This document shows, piece after piece, positions 58,001 to 64,000 of a stretch of DNA of 64,000 nucleotides. The stretch is from Phoronis australis (taxonomy: Eukaryota; Animalia; Phoronida). Under the pieces are notes generated by a model that saw only the letters and a list, made by a program, of their open reading frames with translations, was not told the DNA's origin and made no database searches. A program made the position numbers and the translations under genes. The stretch is taken from NCBI GenBank assembly GCA_002633005.1, contig NMRA01000002.1:1336077-1400076 (forward strand), read 5' to 3'. Within the stretch, counting starts at the first letter, position 1. The number at the start of each line of letters is the position of its first letter.

Positions 58001-61000
58001 AATATATCGCGGAGTGATATTGTTATTGTAGGTGTGGTAAAGTAGTGCCTATTGTAAAAATATCACTGATCTTAATAAAATCGATCTCATATAGTTGTTC
58101 CTGACTCAGATTGGAAGTGATTTCTAGAATTCAACAGAATCGACATTTTGTTTTTATTTTAGATTAGGCGCGCAAAAGTTTCTTGTCGTGGCGTGTTAGC
58201 TTAAACCGTCGATGCAGGTATAGCTATCAGGGGAATTCTAGGAGTTTTATTGAATCAATGTCAATTCAAACTAAGGAAAAGAACACCGCAACATTGTTTT
58301 GAAAGAGCAAGAAACGCCTGTTCAGACAGTTGCTTGACACTGGAACATGGTTTTGTGGCTTGAATTGGTAGACATCCAGGCAGCTGGTGTCTTTAACAGA
58401 CAACGTCACTTCCCCCATGTTTGTATTGTGCCTAGTGGAGATGAGTGGATGTATGTGATTGACTCACTGTCATTTACAGAGGTTCATTTTGTCGACAATT
58501 TTGGGCCCTAGACAGCAGGCAGTCTTTTGGCCCTAGACAAGACAGACAGTCGTCGTCCAAGTGAATGTAATACATTATAGTAAAAAAATAAAGTAGATGC
58601 ACAGATCACATCTTTGCCACTAATATGCAATTGTGCCGAGACTTCGTCGGGTTACCAAGTGTCCGTACTTTTAACCCTTGAACACGACATCCTTCTAACA
58701 CTGCAAAAATGTACTGTTTGATATTGTAAATTGCACTGTTTTCGAAAATTTTGTCAAATGGGTTGCGAAAGAACTACACTTCGTGTTTGGTGTTTAGTTT
58801 GGGAGATCAATCAAGACATTGCCCTTCGAAGTCTAACCACCTTTGAGCTATCCACGGAGACGCTCGTTTGTAGAATGATAGAGCGCCAAATGATGAAACA
58901 GGCCCGTCATAATTTAATTGGTGATAAACAAGGCTGACACTGAAATGAAAATACCAAATGTCAGGGACCACCATATTTCTCAAATCCATCCGTCAAATAA
59001 CTCGCAACGTATGAAATAAAGAAAACTTATTTCGGCAGATGCTTTCACTCACGATCAAGTATCATGAGTTGTTGCGCAAAACGATTCACTTGTCCACCTC
59101 TTTCTACTAGCACGCCTGCAGGTCTTTTCAGCGGGATCTCTTGTCAGCTTAATGACCGGAACAAACGGCCCCGGGCCATTTGGGCACTACCAAGCCCCGT
59201 CAAGCCGATGTGATTGAAACCACCCTTAACAGCAGACCGCATCTAAATAACCGCGAGCAAGATTTGTGCTACTCAAAAGTTACACAAGTAAAACAACTCT
59301 ATAGAATATATCACCTCAGGGCACTCGTCCCGCGAAAGTGTCAGTTGAGAAAAACACACAACAACTAGTCTTGTGGCAGCGATACATACATCTCCGTCTT
59401 AACTAATGTTATGTTTTTCTGCGCAATGTTACAGAAACGTGTCAGGCGACTGCGTAGTTGTTGGATAAAGGGAGGTCAAACTGGCAAGATTAATGCGTAG
59501 ACTTTAAATGCTCTAGCCCATTCTTTTTAGTTAAAAATCTTCAAAAATCAACGTAAATTCAAACCATTTTAATCGTAACTTAATTCCAAACGATGCCCTT
59601 TCAAATTCTCATTTTTTTTAAAATAAACATAGTTACATGCAGATTTTTTTTTAATTTCTGAATTTCTGGAGGTTCACCAACAAAATGGAGACAACTAAAA
59701 GGTTAACTTATGAACTTCAAAATTTGTCAATAAAACACAAATTTATACAAACCAGTAATTTCCGAAATATGCCTTTGTCATTAACAGGTTTCGATTAACG
59801 AGACTTGTTCTATATTCTCATATGAGGAAAACAACTGAAAAGGTACTACGATAAGTCTGTATCCTAACGATACAATTAGTAAAGAGTTGATTAAATTTTT
59901 ATTTTTTGGCACATTTACCATTCTGTTATAGTAGTGTAATGCTTTTAAAGCTGCACTAAACACTTGCCTCCTGTCAAAAACAACTTTTGATTTAAGCCAC
60001 TTACTGTTGTAAATTCGAATTCTTGTTTCTCAGGTTAGAAAGAAATTGACGCCGATTGCTTCAGGTCAGCCTCGGTACGGTTATTTGTCACGGCAGGTTT
60101 ATTTCAGACGCTGAAGCAATGGAGGAACGCGATGAAGTAGCGGCTTTGGAAGACGAAACATTGCAGCGAAGAAAGTTTGTTTTTTGGACAGTAGAACCTG
60201 GTTTCGTTTGCATTTCCTCTCGATCCAGTTTCAAATTGTAAGACTTGAGCCTACGCTGCATCTTCAAGGTTCATCCTCCGCGCTGCATGGAAGAGGCGGA
60301 CTTTCTGATCGGAAAGGATGGACCCCAAAAATATGTAAGACCGCCAAAAATGACAAGGGTGAGGTTGCATTGGAAAGGATGGATTATTTACTAATTTTCC
60401 CCAATAAAGAGGGTTTATTCGTGATTATACTAATTGCGCTATCAAGCAGCAGCTGTTGTGTTATATCACCGTGTCGCGCGCACACGTTAAATTTATATTC
60501 AGTTTGACGTCACGATATTGACAGGCGTCGATAGACGCTCATACGAAAAGCTGCAAAACTACGTTTTACGTTTAAAATAAACCCATCTCCTAAAAATAAG
60601 AATTTCGACTATCATATGACACAGTTTATATGGCACTGCTTACGATGTCTACTTCAACTAAGCCATACAGAATTTGCGGAGCGTGCTCATAACCAAGATG
60701 CGCTTGATTATTTCAGCTGCGGTGTTGGGTTGTTGAAAAGGCAAAACAAGAAAACACGCAAAACTAACATATGGCTACATTTTATGTACGACCAAGTTTT
60801 CACGCAGTAACAAAAGGTTAACTTTAGTTGTAAAGTTGCCAGTACAGCTTATTATTGTTATTGCAAATCACTAGATTCATTAATTTACGTTGGTAACTTC
60901 CACGGGTATTTTAGTTGACGTTTTCGTGACGACAGTCACATCTATGCTGTCTTCTCTGACGTAAAAGAATATCAACGAATCTAAATCTCATGCAAAATTG

Positions 61001-64000
61001 ATAAATATGTTTTTGATGTTTTATGAACAACTGTGTTATTGAGTTCACGCGTGAGCAATAACGAACAGTCAGTTATTTCGATGCTGAAAATCACGACGCC
61101 TGGATTAGGTGAGGAAAAAGTGATTTATCCAACAATTCCGTAGCGGTACGGGATTATATTCAGTTACACTGAAGCCGCTGTCCGCCCTGGACACAAGTAT
61201 TGGTCAACTAGCGCACGCTAACTACTACGATGTCCACATATAGATAATCGAAAAAACTGTCATTGGCCAGGACTTGGCGTGACATGGCACACTGGTCAAA
61301 AACTATATGAAATACAGTTACGTAGCGATTTTGAGAAGTGGTGTCCTTTTGCAATGAGGGATTTATTTTGTCAAATACGGCAAAAGTCATATGAAAGCAA
61401 AGAAGTTAACCTCATTTACGGCTTTTATTGGAAATGTTTTAAATGAGTTTTACAAAAAATTTATTTGCATATCACACTTTTCGTTCATAGTTATCCATAT
61501 TTTTCCAGCCTAACATTTTGCTTTATATTCTGAAGACATCGGACATTTAGAAAATATTTCTTTTGTCTTCTTTTGTTTATTCACTATGCGCACCTAATTA
61601 TGATTATTGAACTAACGTTTCTTTATTTGTCCGGGTCTGACACAGACTTTTGTTTCAGGTGCATCGGTCAATTGTTTTGCGAACGTGAAAAACTAATGCG
61701 CTTGTTCCGCAGTGCTACGTTGAAATTACTTTATTTATTTGACATTTATACTTTTAAGTTAAACAAATTTGATTCTTATTATGAATTTGCTTCTGCGGAG
61801 ACAAATTTTCCTGAAATAGCTCAACCTCGGTTTTCACTAAAATTAATTCTAACTGCGTAATAATGCTTTTTTAACTTCGAGTAAAATGTTTCTATGTTTA
61901 CAGACAGGCTTTTTAATCCACTTCAAAACGGTTATTCGTAGACTTCTGGGTAGAGGTTAATAATGCTAGGACCTCGCTCGAGGACTTCGTTAGAAAAGTA
62001 AGACTTCGCGAGATTTCGTGAGATATTGTCGTGTATTTTAAATGGAAGCATGGGATTTTGGCTTGATTTTTCTCGGCGGGAGATAACTACTGAACTCTAC
62101 TCTGGTTATATGCTGTCAATACAAAACTTTGAGGCTAAAATGACAGTACCAAACAATGATTTTGTAAAAATAGAGGCTGATTTTGTGAGGTGTACTTTCA
62201 TACAAACCCGATTTCCTTTTTCAGCAGAAGGTAATTATGACGAGAACAATTTTTACCTTATAAAACATTGGAATTGAAATGTCGACGTATAGACGATTCC
62301 TTAACTGCACGAATACTTAATCTGAATTTTATTTGGATGAGCGAAGTAAAACCTAAATTGTTGGTTAAAAAGAAGATTGTTTTTAAGAAAATATTGACCA
62401 CCGCCAAAAACGTGACGGAATAGAAAGTGTTGTTGGAACGTAATGCGCTGTGGGCTGAGCTCAGTAGAAAATCTCATAAATGAAGCTGGTGTGTTTGTGC
62501 TTGGCTTGTAATATATGGCAATATCTCGCAGTCTTGGGCGATTTTGCGCCTCCGCGAGGTCCTCACATCTACGCTACGCACGCCAGGTCAAGGTTTTATC
62601 TCATACGGAAGCTTGAATGCGTTTTTTTTTAACCGCATGAAAGGCAGCCGTTTGGGTTTCCTCCATCACTGATGTTCATTCTTGGCAAAGTGTCTAAGTT
62701 GTCGGGAGATTTCCCAGGAAGACGCCATTTAACATTCTTGGTGTCATGTTAGACTACACACGAGTTCTTAAACTCGACCCCTGCAGTTAGATCAGATAAT
62801 AATAGTAAAAGTAAAAAAAACAAAAATATGTGTAATGAACTTTTACTGGAACACAAGTGTAAAATTGCCCAGAATTGAAAGCAGAGGGGTAGCTCGCCTG
62901 TTATGTGTGTCATATATTTTTCATCTACTGCAAACTTGTTGTTTTTACTGAACGCTGATTAATTAGAAATTCGTCAATAGTCCCACTTACGTCTGCGCTC
63001 ATTCGTAATCAATAGAGGCAAGACGACATCATGTGATCACAGTCAAACGTTGCTATGGAGGCCTTACCTCTCGTTGGTTTCTCTTGTAGGAGTTTGGAGG
63101 TACCTGCCAAAATGACTCTGACAATATCTGGTGTTCACCGTGCGCTGCGATGCCGAGTTTAATCTTAATGAGCAACTCTAATCTTGCTAATAATTATTAG
63201 TTCCGATAATTGAAAACACGCATTCAACAATGCGCGTTTTGCTATGCTTGTAGGTATTTTCGTCACACCATTATTTGAACGTGAAAATCGACACGGTTTG
63301 ATCAAATAACGAAATTAATTTACAAAATGCGAAAAATAGATGTACATACGTACGTGTTAACTAAGACCTCAGGCCATGACACCTGCATAAAGCAAAGGAG
63401 TCGTGGGGTGATGTCTTTATGAACATTAGATCCTAGTTTCGGAATTTTAATAGAGTTTCATGTTGTGTGAACAATTTTCTTCCGATGGAGAATTAAATAT
63501 AAAACTGCTTATCTTAGAAGTAAAGAGTGCTAAGCGAGGGCGAGATGTTTCACCTTAGATTGGTGTCTTCGCTTCGTTATTGTAATTATCTAAAACGGGG
63601 TTTGAAACGTTTAACACAGAACTTTCGTAACTACTAAAATTGTAAGAAACCCGCCTTGTATGACAAAAGTTTTTTTTGTCCAGACTACGTGCCGTTATGG
63701 ATTGTTCTCAAATAATTGTGCAGGGATGGTTTCAGAGCATCGGAAGAACTGACAGTGCGTTGCTGCTTGTGAATTGGGCGTTGGAAGTTGAATTATCACG
63801 GCGGGTCGTCGTATGTACATAGCATGATCTCAAGAAAAGAAGAACTGTCAGTTCTTCGCAAGCCCAAACAATCACTTTTCATACGAGTAAGGAACAAGTT
63901 GAGACAAATATTGTAGCGGAAAGTGGTTAAAATTTCAAGTTCGCTTTTTGGACGGAAAGGGGGTTTTGTAGCAAGTAGCCGCTTTAGGAGCAATAAGCCA

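Noticed and set aside
60034-60507. ORFs around 60.0-60.5 kb, including a 57-codon minus-strand ORF starting MQRRLKSY
   Set aside because: No recognisable domain and no consistent splice chain; could be a UTR or non-coding exon but this is unsupported
63815-63835. bantam-like seed TGAGATCAT on the minus strand; also miR-124-like (51291) and miR-184-like (56610) short matches
   Set aside because: The matches cover only part of the mature sequences and I saw no precursor hairpin; expected by chance

Overview
AT-rich animal (probably lophotrochozoan invertebrate) genomic DNA with GT-AG introns and two single-base N gaps (22541, 28421). I reconstructed three spliced genes by hand, with consistent intron phases. 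(1) The 3' half of an ABCA1-type lipid transporter (+, 20 exons, 923-21996). (2) A complete TLC-domain (TLCD1/2-like) membrane protein (-, 5 coding exons, 34953-27765, 256 aa), convergent with ABCA. (3) An apparently unusual 553-aa protein (+, 7 coding exons, 41643-52031), head-to-head with the TLC gene. It has an N-myristoylation start (MGNQKS), a small Gly/aromatic beta-barrel-like domain, an NGLY1/PNGase-type PAW mannose-binding domain without any catalytic domain, and an in-frame BTB-BACK module. It is a candidate membrane-tethered, glycan-reading Cullin3 adaptor and is the main finding. The non-coding DNA holds a decayed CR1/L2-type LINE, hAT-like MITEs with 6-bp TSDs, Helentron-like (HINE) elements full of CTCF-like motifs, a degenerate hammerhead/Penelope-like inverted repeat and many minisatellites, one of which duplicates a splice donor. 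I found no convincing gene in ~54-64 kb.
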